Shown here piece after piece: positions 1 through 10,034 of a stretch of DNA of 40,355 nt. The first letter of the stretch is position 1. Each line of letters opens with the position of its first letter. Position numbers and translations under genes: made by a program. Below the pieces are notes generated by a model. It saw only the letters and a program-made list of their open reading frames with translations, was not told the origin of the DNA and did no database searches. The stretch comes from Chloroflexota bacterium (lineage in GTDB: Bacteria; Chloroflexota; Dehalococcoidia; Lucifugimonadales; JADFKI01). The DNA is taken from positions 1-40,355 of the forward strand of contig JADFKI010000001.1 in assembly GCA_022565015.1 (NCBI GenBank), written 5' to 3'.

Positions 1-144
1 CGACGTCTGGGGGAGTTGCGTGAGATCCTGCATGCGGATAATTTCTCTTACGACGCCGATGTCTACGCCGTAGAGCTCGGATGCCAGGTCGAAGACAACT
101 AGCTGCTGCTCCGTCTGGCTGATGGTTTCAGTGGTCAAAGTCAT
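1..144 (-). CDS. cheW: CheW-like chemotaxis coupling protein; only the first 48 codons, the gene runs off the left edge
   Basis: Not in the ORF track because it is edge-truncated. The ATG is at 144-142, with GGGAGG about 10 nt upstream. The translation MTLTTETISQTEQQLVVFDLASELYGVDIGVVREIIRMQDLTQLPQTS matches the usual CheW-domain opening (LVVF-L-E-YG-DI--VREI). Confidence 0.7.
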   Translation of the reverse strand, partial: MTLTTETISQTEQQLVVFDLASELYGVDIGVVREIIRMQDLTQLPQTS

Positions 145-325
145 GCTGCCGGTACCTCCCTTTGAAGCCGCAGGCTTTCGTTTAAGGAACCGCGACTAGA
201 CGCAGATATCCCATACTTTTATTACTACTAGCTAAATGCTAAAGGACTGCCACGTCAGGTGGAATGGGGAGGCACACTTAATAGGGCATAGCTTTTTTGC
301 AGTACGCCGCCGTAGTTGCCGGACA

Positions 326-741
326 TTACGCGAGATTAGATGAGGATTCTCGAAGGGACTGAACGAGTCTGCTATGGGCTTCCCGGCTCAGTCTGTTCTC
401 GGCGATATCGTCGGAGTCATGAAAGTCGGCGCCCACAAATACGCGGGCGGTCTCGTAGCGGGGAATAATGTGCAGTGTACGTGGGAGTCTAGATTCATCA
501 AGAACGAGTAGTTGTACCGGTCAGGCCGGAAAAGTGAGTCTAAGATGCCCTTTGTCTTTCGAATTACATTCCAGAGCTCCAGAAGCTCGGCATCCGTCGG
601 TGCGCAGATGTCCTCGTCGTGTCGCATAAGGCAGACCATGAGCTTGCCCAACTTATTCTGGTTGAGGTTGACGATTACACGCCAGAGGTCCGTGGCGAAG
701 ACCTCGTGCTCCTCGAGCGGCTGACGAAGAACGCATGTCAT
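326..741 (-). pseudogene. HIT (histidine triad) family hydrolase interrupted by a 1-nt frameshift inside the HxHxHxx motif
   Basis: The track ORF 388..741 reads ...FLMNLDSHVHCTLFPATRPP. Shifting one frame at about 472-475 gives LHIIPRYETARVFVGADFHDSDDIAENRL... with a stop at 326-328. Joined, the two frames restore HVHxHIIPRY and a length of about 138 aa, typical of HIT proteins. Confidence 0.55.
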
Positions 742-815
742 GGCCGACCCCTTTGTCTGCGAATTGTTGAGTCTCTCGAAAGACGGCTCGCGCGCTTCAT
801 CCCATCGAAAACATC

Positions 816-838
816 GGGGCGGGTCTTAGACCCGCCCC
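816..838 (-). terminator. Hairpin terminator after the dehydrogenase gene
   Basis: ggggcgggtc (816-825) and gacccgcccc (829-838) form a perfect 10-bp GC-rich stem. On the minus strand it is followed by gatgttttcgat. Confidence 0.5.
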
Positions 839-867
839 AACAGCGGTATCGTCATGCCCTATGCAAG

Positions 868-1893
868 CTAGTCGCCGTACACGTTCTCTGCAGGGGGCTT
901 CAAGGGCATCTTGGCCCGAACCTCGGGGTTGACGACCGACATGGGCCAGCTGCCTTTCAGCACCCTCGCGGTCTCGCTGCCGACCCGAATTGGCGAGCGG
1001 ACGCGCGACAGGTTGGACGAACCCGCCGAATGAGGCGTGACTATGACGTTGTCCATCTTCAGGAGCGGATTGTCGGCGGGGGTCGGCTCTTGTTCGAACA
1101 CGTCCAGGCCGGCGCCCGCGATCTCGCCGCTCTGCAATGCCCGAATGAGCGCCGCCTCGTCCACAGTCTGGCCTCGGCAGGTGTTTACGAAATACGCCGT
1201 CGGCTTCATCGCCTTGAAGAACGATTCCCCAACCAGCTGGCGGGTCTCGTCGTTCAGAGGCGTGTGCATGGAGACGAAGTCCGACTCCGCGGCCAGCTCC
1301 TCCAGGGTCGCTATCGGCCTCACGCGGTACTCCTTCGTTACCCAGGGTGGGCAATAGGGGTCGTAGGTGATGACGTCCATGCCCAGGGCCTGTGCCTTGC
1401 GGGCCGTGGCCCTGGCGATGTTGCCGAACGCCACCAGTCCGAGGGTCTGGCCGTCGATTGGGGCCATCGGCATCAGCTGCGCCCTCGTCTCCGCACCCCA
1501 CTTGCCTTGCCTCACCAGGTTGTGGAGCAACGTGAGCTTCTTTGCGCATGCCATGAGCAAGAGTATGGCGTGGTTGGATACCTCCTCCGTGCAGAAGCCG
1601 GCGCAGTTTATTATCATCACGCCCTTTTCCGTGGCGGCGTTGTGGTCGATGTGGTTGAATCCGTGGCTGCCGACGATGATCGCCTGGGCGGTGTCGATCT
1701 CGTCGATCACCTCCTTTGGCATGGGCACGCCGCCGTTCAAGATGACGTCCGCACCCTTGACGGCCTCTATGATCTCTCCCGGGCTATCGACGATGTGTAC
1801 GTCCAGCTCATAATCGATGCCTTCAAGGCCTTGCTCGATGAGAGTCGTGTCCACCTCGCCTCGAGATATGTACGCTACTTTGCTAGGGGCCAT
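868..1893 (-). CDS. D-isomer-specific 2-hydroxyacid dehydrogenase (CtBP / phosphoglycerate dehydrogenase-like)
   Basis: NAD-binding GLVAFGNIA..D motif. Catalytic signature R (NTCRG), E (DVFEQEP), H (TPHSAG). I place the start at ATG 1893 (MAPSKVAY...) because AAGGAG lies 6 nt upstream; the track ORF opens at 1935. Confidence 0.85.
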   Translation of the reverse strand: MAPSKVAYISRGEVDTTLIEQGLEGIDYELDVHIVDSPGEIIEAVKGADVILNGGVPMPKEVIDEIDTAQAIIVGSHGFNHIDHNAATEKGVMIINCAGFCTEEVSNHAILLLMACAKKLTLLHNLVRQGKWGAETRAQLMPMAPIDGQTLGLVAFGNIARATARKAQALGMDVITYDPYCPPWVTKEYRVRPIATLEELAAESDFVSMHTPLNDETRQLVGESFFKAMKPTAYFVNTCRGQTVDEAALIRALQSGEIAGAGLDVFEQEPTPADNPLLKMDNVIVTPHSAGSSNLSRVRSPIRVGSETARVLKGSWPMSVVNPEVRAKMPLKPPAENVYGD

Positions 1894-2112
1894 TTCTTCT
1901 CCTTGGTAATACGATTGGCTCGGATTCGGCGGCACGCAATTTTTCGTGCCTTGTTAAGGACTGGGCCATTATACTGGAATGAGGATGCGGTGTCCTTATC
2001 GCCTCACTGATATGCGGTTCAGCTGGTATTGGCAGCCAGACCAGAAACAGCTTCAGGCGATATGCATGGCCTGTGGCCCTCATATGTTGGTCTATGGATG
2101 CACATCGGAGAG

Positions 2113-2673
2113 ATGAAAATGGAAATACGGTTCGGTGAGTACGCGCTGCGAAGCTGGTCGTGGGATGATGCGCCGGCCTTAGTTCGATATGCCAACAATC
2201 GCAGCATATGGTTGAACGTTCGGGATGCTTTTCCTCACCCGTATACCGAAGCGGACGCCGATGCCTGGCTCAACCGCGTGGTCGACCAGGACCGACCGAC
2301 CTCGTTCGCCATAGCCTCGGAGTCCGAAGCCATCGGAGGCATGGGCATGACCCTCAAAGACGACGTCCGTCGTCGTACGGCGGAGATTGGCTACTGGCTG
2401 GCCGAACCCTTTTGGGGAAGGGGCATCGCCACCGATGCCGTCCGGGCCGTCGTCGACTACGCCTTCGCCAACTTCGACCTAACACGTGTCGAGGCGTACG
2501 TTTTCGAATGGAATCTCGCATCACGTCGAGTTCTCGAAAAAGCGGGCTTCGTCCAGGAGGCGAGATTGCGCAGGAGGGCCACGAAGGACGGCAAGACCAT
2601 CGACGAGTTTCTGTACGCTCTGGTGCGGGAAGGCGAAGTATTTCCGCAGGAATTCGGAATTTCTCCCCCTTAA
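2113..2673 (+). CDS. GNAT family N-acetyltransferase (RimJ/RimL-like)
   Basis: RSWSWDDAPALVRYANN... and WGRGIATDAVRAVVDYAF are the acetyl-CoA-binding motif A style. Start chosen at ATG 2113 (MKMEIRF), which has GGAG upstream; the track ORF opens at 2029. Confidence 0.85.
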   Translation: MKMEIRFGEYALRSWSWDDAPALVRYANNRSIWLNVRDAFPHPYTEADADAWLNRVVDQDRPTSFAIASESEAIGGMGMTLKDDVRRRTAEIGYWLAEPFWGRGIATDAVRAVVDYAFANFDLTRVEAYVFEWNLASRRVLEKAGFVQEARLRRRATKDGKTIDEFLYALVREGEVFPQEFGISPP

Positions 2674-2697
2674 AAACGGGGAGACTATAGAGGGGGT
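2662..2697 (+). repeat. Hairpin-plus-tail repeat, copy 1
   Basis: tctcccc / cttaaaaac / ggggaga, then ctat, then AGAGGGGGT. The left arm encodes the last GNAT codons (I-S-P-P-stop). Confidence 0.7.
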
Positions 2698-2789
2698 CAT
2701 TCCCCGCTAAGATTCCTTGCTTTGCTAAGATTGATGGCCGAAACCAGTTGCTTGGCCAAATGCCCGTCAGGTGCAGACCGCAGGAGTCT

Positions 2790-2824
2790 TCTCCTCCTTA
2801 CGAAGGAGGAGACTGAGAAGGGGT
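2790..2824 (+). repeat. Hairpin-plus-tail repeat, copy 2
   Basis: tctcctcctt / acg / aaggaggaga, then ctg, then AGAAGGGGT. It ends 5 nt from the stop of the SEC-C ORF. Confidence 0.65.
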
Positions 2825-2828
2825 CGCC

Positions 2829-2987
2829 TCACCGCCCGTGGCACCTCTTGTACTTCTTGTTGCTGCCGCAGGGACACTTCTCGTTTCGGCCCACCTTGCC
2901 CGCCTGGCTGAGCTTTCTTCGCGCGTCGGTACAGGTCACGCACGTGCAGGCGTCCGGGTGGTCGGTAATCCAGTTTGGTCGGACCAT
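2829..2987 (-). CDS. Small SEC-C metal-binding-motif protein, 52 aa, absent from the ORF track
   Basis: My own translation: [52 protein letters not shown]. The C-terminal CPCGSxKKYKxCH is the SEC-C motif. GAGG lies 6 nt upstream of the ATG at 2987. Confidence 0.6.
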   Translation of the reverse strand: MVRPNWITDHPDACTCVTCTDARRKLSQAGKVGRNEKCPCGSNKKYKRCHGR

Positions 2988-3240
2988 TCGCATCCTCGTA
3001 CTTAGATAGAGCCAACTCTATTTTCGTGGGCTCGGCGCAATTTTTCAATGGTGAAGCATTTATCAATGTGGCTCGTCCCGTTATACCAAGATTATCGTCG
3101 CAGGAACGGCGTGTTTCAACTCTATTGTTGGCGCGAGCGGAATCAGGCTGCGTACGAAGCGACGGGAAATGAACTGCAAGGGAGTGTGGACAAGGTATAA
3201 CCTGAAGCTGAACGCTAGTCCAGGCCAAAGCAGACACTGT

Positions 3241-3269
3241 TTGACATAGCCACGCCAAAAATGTACATT
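3241..3269 (+). promoter_or_regulatory. Sigma-70-like promoter for the 3345 gene
   Basis: TTGACA (3241-3246), a 17-nt spacer, then TACATT (3264-3269). Confidence 0.45.
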
Positions 3270-3344
3270 CAGTTTCGCCTATGGAACGTAGGGCAGCGAA
3301 GTGCGTTAAGTTTGGCACATTCTAGTTAGCCGAGGAGGCAGATC

Positions 3345-3791
3345 ATGGCGCAGATAATTTACGCGATGCAGTTCAAAGGACAGGCGAGCCCGGTGAGCGA
3401 ATCTCCAATGGTGATGAAGGCTGAGACTTCCAGCCCGAGCAGTAGCATCATCTCGACCGTCGGGGCCAACGGACTGGAGGGAGGCATTCAACCTGCCTCC
3501 GGCGAGGAGGCGAAATTTGAATCGACGATCGAGATGACCAGCGAGGCTAACTTTCAGGAGAAGGGCACGATCACTTTCGGACCGGGAAACAGGCTTTATT
3601 TCGATACCGTTGGCGAGGGCACCATCGGTGCGAGCGCGGAGGAAGGGGTGAGCCACGGCTCGATCATGTGGAAGATCACGAATGGCCAGGGGCAATTCGA
3701 GGGTGCGTCGGGCCTGATAACATCGAACTTCACGCTGGACGGTTCCGGAAACGTGGTAGACAACCAGTTCGGCGTTATCTACCTGAAGTAA
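3345..3791 (+). CDS. Hypothetical protein, 148 aa, possibly a beta-barrel (dirigent / allene-oxide-cyclase-like C-terminal signature)
   Basis: GAGGAGG SD 6 nt upstream. ITNGQGQFEGASG resembles the I-t-G-G-t-G-x-F-x-G-A-x-G signature of AOC/dirigent barrels. That functional link is weak. Confidence 0.6.
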   Translation: MAQIIYAMQFKGQASPVSESPMVMKAETSSPSSSIISTVGANGLEGGIQPASGEEAKFESTIEMTSEANFQEKGTITFGPGNRLYFDTVGEGTIGASAEEGVSHGSIMWKITNGQGQFEGASGLITSNFTLDGSGNVVDNQFGVIYLK

Positions 3792-3820
3792 CGAAGGGCG
3801 TATGGTCTTGCATTGATATC

Positions 3821-3846
3821 GAGTGGCGCATTTAGGTGCGCCACTC
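3821..3846. terminator. Hairpin between convergent genes
   Basis: gagtggcgca (3821-3830) and tgcgccactc (3837-3846) form a perfect 10-bp stem with a 6-nt loop. Confidence 0.5.
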
Positions 3847-3881
3847 TTGTCTCGTGTCCGTTGGCTTTATAAGTGCCTCGC

Positions 3882-5351
3882 CTAAGTTCTGGTCAATGTG
3901 CCCGTGAGGACTCTGGGCAGAGCGGATTCGCCCATGAGGTAATTGTCCACACCCCGCGCGGCCTCGCGTCCCTCTGCCAGGGCCCAGACGACCAGCGATT
4001 GCCCTCTGGAGATGTCTCCGGCCGCGAAGATGCCGGCCACGCTCGTCATCTTGTCCTCGTCCGTCTTGACATTGCCCCGGGGGTCCAGCTCGACGCCAAG
4101 GTCGGCCAGAAGGCCCTCTTTCTGTGGATGCACGAAGCCCATCGCCAGAAGGACCAGGTCCACGTCCAGGTCGAATCCGCTTCCCGGCACCTCGATCATC
4201 GCGGGCCTGCCCGTTGCGTCCGGCGCACCCCACCGGACGTGAACGCCGTGCAAGGTCTCCACTCTGCCATTGCTGCCTGAGAAGGACTTGGTCAGGATAC
4301 TGTAGTCCTGGATTCCACCCTCCTCCTGCGAGGTCGACGGCCTCAGAACAAGCGGCCACTGCGGCCAGGGATTGTTCTCGCCGCGGTGCTCCGGAGGCTC
4401 CGGCAAGAGCTCGAACTGGTGCACGACCTCGGCGTTCTGACGATGCGACGTGCCAAGGCAGTCCGACCCCGTGTCGCCGCCGCCAAGAATCACGACTCTC
4501 TTGCCTTCGGCCGATATGCGTTCTTCGTCGGATATGTTCTCGCCCGCGTAAAGCCGGTTTTGCTGAGTCAGGAAGTCCATCGCGAAGTGTATGCCGCCGA
4601 GCTCACGGCCTGAGACCGGAAGGTCGCGAGGAACGGTGCAGCCACCGGTCAGGAGGACCGCGTCGAAGTTGGCTCTGAGCTCCTCGACCGAATAGTCGAC
4701 ACCGACGTTGACGTCTGTCTTGAATATGACCCCCTCGGCCTCCATCTGGTCTACGCGTCGCTGCACTACATGCTTTTCCAGCTTGAAGTCCGGAATGCCC
4801 AGACGAAGTAACCCGCCGATATAGCTGTCTCGCTCAAACACCGTGACGCTGTGCCCGCAGCGGTTGGTCTGCTGAGCTGCGGCGAGCCCCGCCGGGCCGG
4901 AGCCGACGATGGCGATACTCTTGCCGGTGCGGGTGGCAGGGGGTTCCGGCTTGATCCAGCCCTCCTGCCATCCACGGTCCGCGATCGCCTTCTCGATGTA
5001 CTCGATCGTCACCGGGTCCTGGTTTATCGCCAGGACGCAGGCCGCCTCACATGGCGCCGGGCATATTCGCCCCGTGAACTCAGGAAAGTTGTTCGTTGAG
5101 TGAAGCTCGGCCAGGGCCTCCTCCCAGCGCCCTCGGTACACCATGTCGTTCCAATCGGGAATCAGGTTACCCAGGGGACAGCCGGTATGGCAAAATGGGA
5201 CCCCGCAGTTCATGCAGCGGCTGCCCTGCTCCCTCGCCTGCTTTTCGGTCCAACTGCCGTAGAACTCCTTGAAGTCCGTAATGCGCTCGGAAGACGGCCT
5301 GCGAGGTAGCGGCTCACGTCCCTTTTCTTTAAAACCGGATGGTTTACCCAT
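3882..5351 (-). CDS. gltD: Glutamate synthase (NADPH) small subunit
   Basis: CMNCGVPFCH...GCPLGN Fe-S motifs, IAIVGSGPAGLAAA dinucleotide fold, 489 aa, located directly downstream of gltB. Confidence 0.95.
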   Translation of the reverse strand: MGKPSGFKEKGREPLPRRPSSERITDFKEFYGSWTEKQAREQGSRCMNCGVPFCHTGCPLGNLIPDWNDMVYRGRWEEALAELHSTNNFPEFTGRICPAPCEAACVLAINQDPVTIEYIEKAIADRGWQEGWIKPEPPATRTGKSIAIVGSGPAGLAAAQQTNRCGHSVTVFERDSYIGGLLRLGIPDFKLEKHVVQRRVDQMEAEGVIFKTDVNVGVDYSVEELRANFDAVLLTGGCTVPRDLPVSGRELGGIHFAMDFLTQQNRLYAGENISDEERISAEGKRVVILGGGDTGSDCLGTSHRQNAEVVHQFELLPEPPEHRGENNPWPQWPLVLRPSTSQEEGGIQDYSILTKSFSGSNGRVETLHGVHVRWGAPDATGRPAMIEVPGSGFDLDVDLVLLAMGFVHPQKEGLLADLGVELDPRGNVKTDEDKMTSVAGIFAAGDISRGQSLVVWALAEGREAARGVDNYLMGESALPRVLTGTLTRT

Positions 5352-5404
5352 TCACCTTCACTACGAATCCCACTATCAACACGTAGGCCGAACCGGGTAC
5401 CCTG

Positions 5405-5443
5405 CTTTCCTCCCCGCTTGTGGGGAAAGATTAAGGAGGGGGT
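5405..5443 (+). repeat. Hairpin-plus-tail repeat, copy 3 (imperfect stem)
   Basis: ctttcctcccc / gcttgt / ggggaaag, then atta, then AGGAGGGGGT. The tail ends on the first base of the gltB stop codon (5443-5445). Confidence 0.6.
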
Positions 5444-8400
5444 CAGTCCGCGGCTTTTGTAGCTTCGTCTTCCCCGCGTCTCCGCTCTTCGAGGACCCTC
5501 TTGTAGTCGTTGGGCATTATCTTCACGAACTTGGGAAGCATGTCGTCCCAGCTTTTCAACACACGCTTGGCGTTGGCGCTTCCCGTGCGGTCGTAATGCT
5601 CCTTGACCAGCGAGCGGAGGGAATCGATGTCATTATCGTCTTCAACGGCTTCCAGGCCGACCATCGCCCTGTTGCAAAGGCTCGCGAATCTGCCGCTCTC
5701 GTCCAGAACGTAGGCCTCGCCGCCGCTCATGCCGGCGGCAAAGTTGCGTCCCGTCGGTCCGAGGACGACGACCATCCCTCCGGTCATGTACTCGCAGCCG
5801 TGGTCGCCAACACCCTCCACGACGGCATGCGCTCCGCTGTTGCGAACGGCGAACCGCTCTCCCGCCACGCCGCGTATGAACGCCTTTCCGCCGGTGGCGC
5901 CGTAGAGCACTACGTTCCCGACGAGTATGTTTTCCTCAGGCGTAAACGTCGACTCGGCAGGCGGCCTTATGACCACCTTACCGCCGGACAGGCCCTTGCA
6001 GAAGTAATCGTTGGCGTCGCCCGTCACGAGCATCGTTACGCCCTTGGCCAGGTACGCCGCGAAGCTCTGTCCGACGGAGCCTTTGAAATTGATCGTGATC
6101 GTGTCTTCGGGCAGGCCGTCTTCTCCGTATCTCTTGGATATCTCGTAGCTAAGCGTGGTGCCTACCGTTCTGTTCTGGTTGCGGATAGACATGTGGAGCA
6201 CGACGGGTTCCTGCCGCTCGATAGCGTCGCGACTTTCGTCGATGATGACGTTGTCCAGCGATTTCCAGAGCTCGTGGTCCTGCTCCTGAGTACAGTAGGT
6301 GGCCACCTCTTTGGGAACGTCGGGCTTGTACAGCAGTTGGGAGAAATCCAGCCCCTTGGCCTTCCAGTGATCGATTGCCGTGCGGCCGTCCAGCATATCG
6401 ACGCGGCCCACCATCTCGTTGACCGTACGGAAACCCAGGTCCGCCATGATCAATCTGAACTCTTCGGCGATGAAGAAGAAGTAGTTTATGAGGTGTTCGG
6501 GCTTGCCCGCGAACTGCTTGCGCAGCACCGGGTCCTGGGTCGCGATGCCGACGGAGCAGGTATTCAGGTGGCATTTACGAAGCATGATGCAGCCCAACGT
6601 GATCAGCGGAGCGGTGGCAAAGCCGAACTCCTCGGCCCCCAGCAGGCACGCGATGGCAACGTCTCGTCCGGTCTTCAACTGGCCGTCCGTCTGGACTACT
6701 ATGCGGCCACGCAGGTCGTTCATGACCAGCACCTGCTGCGTCTCGGCGAGGCCCATTTCCCAGGGCAGGCCCGCATTCTTGATGGAGGACTCCGGTGATG
6801 CGCCGGTCCCTCCGGAGTCGCCGCTGATCAGAACTACGTCGCCGTGACCCTTGGACACACCGGCGGCAATGGTGCCGACGCCGGCCTCCGCGACCAGCTT
6901 GACGTGCACGCGGGCGCTGGGATTGGCGTTCTTTAGATCGTAAATTAGCTGCGCGAGGTCCTCGATGGAATATATGTCGTGATGAGGCGGCGGAGATATC
7001 AGCTCCACCTGCGGCGTCGACCTGCGGATCCATCCGATATACTCGTCCACCTTGTCGCCGGGCAGTTGTCCACCTTCACCCGGCTTGGACCCCTGAGCCA
7101 TCTTTATCTGCAGGTCCGTGGAATGGGCAAGGTAGTTGCTGGTCACCCCGAACCTACCCGAAGCGACCTGTTTGACCGCGCTATTTCTGTCCTTGCCGTC
7201 GGCGTCGAGAACGTATCGGTGATGGTCCTCGCCGCCTTCGCCCGTATTGCTGCGAGCGCCAATCCGGTTCATGGCGATTGCCAGGGTCTCGTGCGTCTCC
7301 CGGCTGATTGACCCCAACGAGATTGCGCCCGTGGCAAAGCGCCTGACGATATCCCTTGCCGGCTCTACTTCGTCAAGCGGAACCGGCTGTTCGCTCGCCT
7401 TGAACTCGAGAAGGCCCCGTAAAGTGCTCAGCTCCTTGTTCATGCCGTTTGAAGCGCCGGCGAACTGCTGGTAGGTCTCCCAGCTATTGGTCTTGGCGGC
7501 GTGTTGAAGACTGGCAATGGTGTCCGGGTTCCACATATGATGCTCGGCGCCGCGACGCCACAGGTAGGACCCTCCCGCCGCGAGGTCCATGCCTCCCGTT
7601 GGCATCTGTGCCCGGTATGCAGAGGCGTGACGCCGCCTCGTCTCCTCTTCGATCTCCGCGATTCCAATGCCGCCGACACGCGAAGGCGTCCATGTGAAAT
7701 ACTCGTCGATTACTTCATCGTTGAGCCCGACTGCCTCGAATATCTGGGCGCCCCGATAGCTCTGGATGGTAGAGATGCCCATCTTGGACATGATTTTCAG
7801 GATGCCCTTGTCGGCCGCCTTCACGTAATTCTTCTCCGCCGTCTCGAAGTCGACGGAACCCTCGAGAAATCCGTTGTGTTTGGCAAGCGACGCCAGAGTC
7901 TCAAAGGCGACGTACGGATTGACGGCTCCCGCTCCGTACCCGATCAACAGGGCGAACTGTGCGACGTCCCTCGGCTCGCCCGATTCGACGACCAGGCCGA
8001 CCTTGGTCCGCGTGCCCTCGCGAATCAAGTGGTGATGCACGCCCGCGGTCGCCAGCAGGCTCGGTATCGGCGCGTGGACCTCGTTTACGCCACGGTCCGA
8101 CAGCACCAGTATGGTGTAGCCTTCTCTGATCGCTTCGGAGGCCTCCTCACAGAGCCTGTCCATCTCCCGCTTCAGCGCTCCCGCACCTTCATCGGGACGG
8201 AAGAGCATTGAAAGCGTCTTGGTCTTGAGCTTTGGCAGATCGATATCGCGGACCTTATCCATCTCATCGTTGGTGAGAATTGGCCGCCTCAGCCTTAGCT
8301 GACGGCTCTGTTCCGGCGTCTCTTCGAACAGGTTCTGCTCGGCGCCTATGGTCGCTTCCAGGGACGTAACGAGCTCTTCCCTGATGGCGTCGAGGGGCGG

Positions 8401-10008
8401 GTTGCTGACCTGCGCGAACAGCTGCTTGAAGTAGTTGAATAGCAGAAGGTCCTGGTCCGACAGCACGGCCAGAGGCGTATCGTTGCCCATGGAGCCTATC
8501 GCCTCGGAGCCGTTGATCGCCATGGGCTCAAGGATCATGCGAAGGTCTTCCAGGGTGTATCCGAACGCCTTTTGCCTCTGCACGAGGGTGTCGAAATCGA
8601 AGCTGCCGGGATTATCCGTCTCCGGCAGGGAGTCCAGCGTCACACGGTTAGCTTCCAGCCATTGGCCGTAGGGTCTTCTGTTGGATAGCTCGGCCTTTAG
8701 CTCGGCGTCGTCGACGATGCGGCCAAGCTCGGTGTCGAGAAGAAACATGCGCCCTGGGTGGATTCGGTCCTTGTAAAGTATCTTTTCAGGCGGCACGTCC
8801 AGCACGCCCGTCTCGGAAGCCATCACCAGCAGGTCGTCCGACGTGACCAGATACCTGCATGGGCGCAGACCGTTTCTGTCCAGGACGGCGCAGACCCTCG
8901 TTCCGTCAGTGCCGATGATGAGTGCGGGGCCGTCCCATGGCTCCATCAGGTTGGCGTGGTACTCATAAAAGTCCTTTAGCGCCTGGTCCATGGGCAGATG
9001 GTCTCCCCACGCCTCGGGGATCATCATCATCAGGGAGTGGGCCAACGATCTTCCCGTGGCCATCAAGAGCTCCAGGGCATTGTCGAAACCGGCGGTATCG
9101 CTCTGTACGCCGCCGATTATCGGCAAGAGCTTCTTGACGTCCTCGCCGAGGACCGGGGACGCGAACATGGACTGACGCGCCGTCATCCAGTTGATGTTGC
9201 CGCGCACAGTGTTGATCTCGCCGTTATGAATGATGTACTTGTACGGATGCGCCAGCTTCCACGACCCAAGAGTATTTGTACTGAACCGGGAATGGACCAT
9301 TACAAATGAGCTTATTAGGAGTTCGTTGGCGAGGTCGTGATAGAAGTGCTCCAACTGGGAGGCCATTATGAGCCCCTTGTAGACAATCGTGTTTGAGGAC
9401 AGGCTGCATACGTAGAACTCATCACTGTTCGCCAGGTTCGAGCCTGCGACCGCGTTCTCGATCAGCCGCCGGATAACGTACAGCTTCAACTGAAAGGCGT
9501 CGCCGTCCGCGATGTCGGAGCTTTTCGCCACGAAAAACTGGCGAATGCCCGGCATGACCTTCCTCGCCAGCACGCCTATGGCATCCGGGGAAACGGGTAC
9601 GTCCCGCCAGCCGAGAAACGTCTGGCCTTCATCGCGGACGAGTCGTTCAATGGTCGCTTCGCACTCGCTTTGCTGCACGGGGTCTTTCGGAAAGAAGACC
9701 ATACCTACGCCGTAATCTCCGGGCGGCGGTAAGTCGATCCCAAGAGCTCGGCATTCCTCGGCGAAGAACTCGTGGGGCATCTGAATGAGCACACCGGCGC
9801 CGTCGCCGGTCTCCGGGTCTGAGCCGCACGCGCCGCGATGCTCTAGATTGACCAGGACCTCAAGACCCTGGTCGATGATGGTGTGGGACTTCGAGCCTTT
9901 GATATTCGCGACGAGGCCTACGCCGCAGGCGTCGTGCTCAAATCGAGGGTCGTAAAGACCCTGCTTGGTCAGCCTGGGAACGTATTCGGAGCTGTAACTA
10001 CGAGCCAT
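5443..10008 (-). CDS. gltB: Glutamate synthase large subunit
   Basis: 1521 aa. N-terminal ...[15 protein letters not shown] amidotransferase start, followed by FMN and GXGXG domains in the expected order. Confidence 0.97.
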   Translation of the reverse strand: MARSYSSEYVPRLTKQGLYDPRFEHDACGVGLVANIKGSKSHTIIDQGLEVLVNLEHRGACGSDPETGDGAGVLIQMPHEFFAEECRALGIDLPPPGDYGVGMVFFPKDPVQQSECEATIERLVRDEGQTFLGWRDVPVSPDAIGVLARKVMPGIRQFFVAKSSDIADGDAFQLKLYVIRRLIENAVAGSNLANSDEFYVCSLSSNTIVYKGLIMASQLEHFYHDLANELLISSFVMVHSRFSTNTLGSWKLAHPYKYIIHNGEINTVRGNINWMTARQSMFASPVLGEDVKKLLPIIGGVQSDTAGFDNALELLMATGRSLAHSLMMMIPEAWGDHLPMDQALKDFYEYHANLMEPWDGPALIIGTDGTRVCAVLDRNGLRPCRYLVTSDDLLVMASETGVLDVPPEKILYKDRIHPGRMFLLDTELGRIVDDAELKAELSNRRPYGQWLEANRVTLDSLPETDNPGSFDFDTLVQRQKAFGYTLEDLRMILEPMAINGSEAIGSMGNDTPLAVLSDQDLLLFNYFKQLFAQVSNPPLDAIREELVTSLEATIGAEQNLFEETPEQSRQLRLRRPILTNDEMDKVRDIDLPKLKTKTLSMLFRPDEGAGALKREMDRLCEEASEAIREGYTILVLSDRGVNEVHAPIPSLLATAGVHHHLIREGTRTKVGLVVESGEPRDVAQFALLIGYGAGAVNPYVAFETLASLAKHNGFLEGSVDFETAEKNYVKAADKGILKIMSKMGISTIQSYRGAQIFEAVGLNDEVIDEYFTWTPSRVGGIGIAEIEEETRRRHASAYRAQMPTGGMDLAAGGSYLWRRGAEHHMWNPDTIASLQHAAKTNSWETYQQFAGASNGMNKELSTLRGLLEFKASEQPVPLDEVEPARDIVRRFATGAISLGSISRETHETLAIAMNRIGARSNTGEGGEDHHRYVLDADGKDRNSAVKQVASGRFGVTSNYLAHSTDLQIKMAQGSKPGEGGQLPGDKVDEYIGWIRRSTPQVELISPPPHHDIYSIEDLAQLIYDLKNANPSARVHVKLVAEAGVGTIAAGVSKGHGDVVLISGDSGGTGASPESSIKNAGLPWEMGLAETQQVLVMNDLRGRIVVQTDGQLKTGRDVAIACLLGAEEFGFATAPLITLGCIMLRKCHLNTCSVGIATQDPVLRKQFAGKPEHLINYFFFIAEEFRLIMADLGFRTVNEMVGRVDMLDGRTAIDHWKAKGLDFSQLLYKPDVPKEVATYCTQEQDHELWKSLDNVIIDESRDAIERQEPVVLHMSIRNQNRTVGTTLSYEISKRYGEDGLPEDTITINFKGSVGQSFAAYLAKGVTMLVTGDANDYFCKGLSGGKVVIRPPAESTFTPEENILVGNVVLYGATGGKAFIRGVAGERFAVRNSGAHAVVEGVGDHGCEYMTGGMVVVLGPTGRNFAAGMSGGEAYVLDESGRFASLCNRAMVGLEAVEDDNDIDSLRSLVKEHYDRTGSANAKRVLKSWDDMLPKFVKIMPNDYKRVLEERRRGEDEATKAAD

Positions 10009-10034
10009 GACTCTGTCCCAAAATAACGCTCAAA

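Noticed and set aside
619-2010. Very long ORFs antisense to or out of frame with clear genes: 619..2010, 5269..6798, 15242..15961, 21621..22511, 22001..23104, 29763..31121, 29810..30796, 32347..33840, 34601..35491, 35621..36401
   Set aside because: Their translations are Arg/Gly/Pro/His-rich low-complexity strings typical of off-frame reading in high-GC DNA. Each overlaps an ORF with unambiguous family motifs, and none has an SD.
2722-3318. ORFs 2767..3318 (-) of 183 aa and 2722..3009 (+) of 95 aa
   Set aside because: No motifs and no SD. They run through the repeat hairpins and the divergent promoter region. The real coding signal here is the 52-aa SEC-C ORF in another frame.
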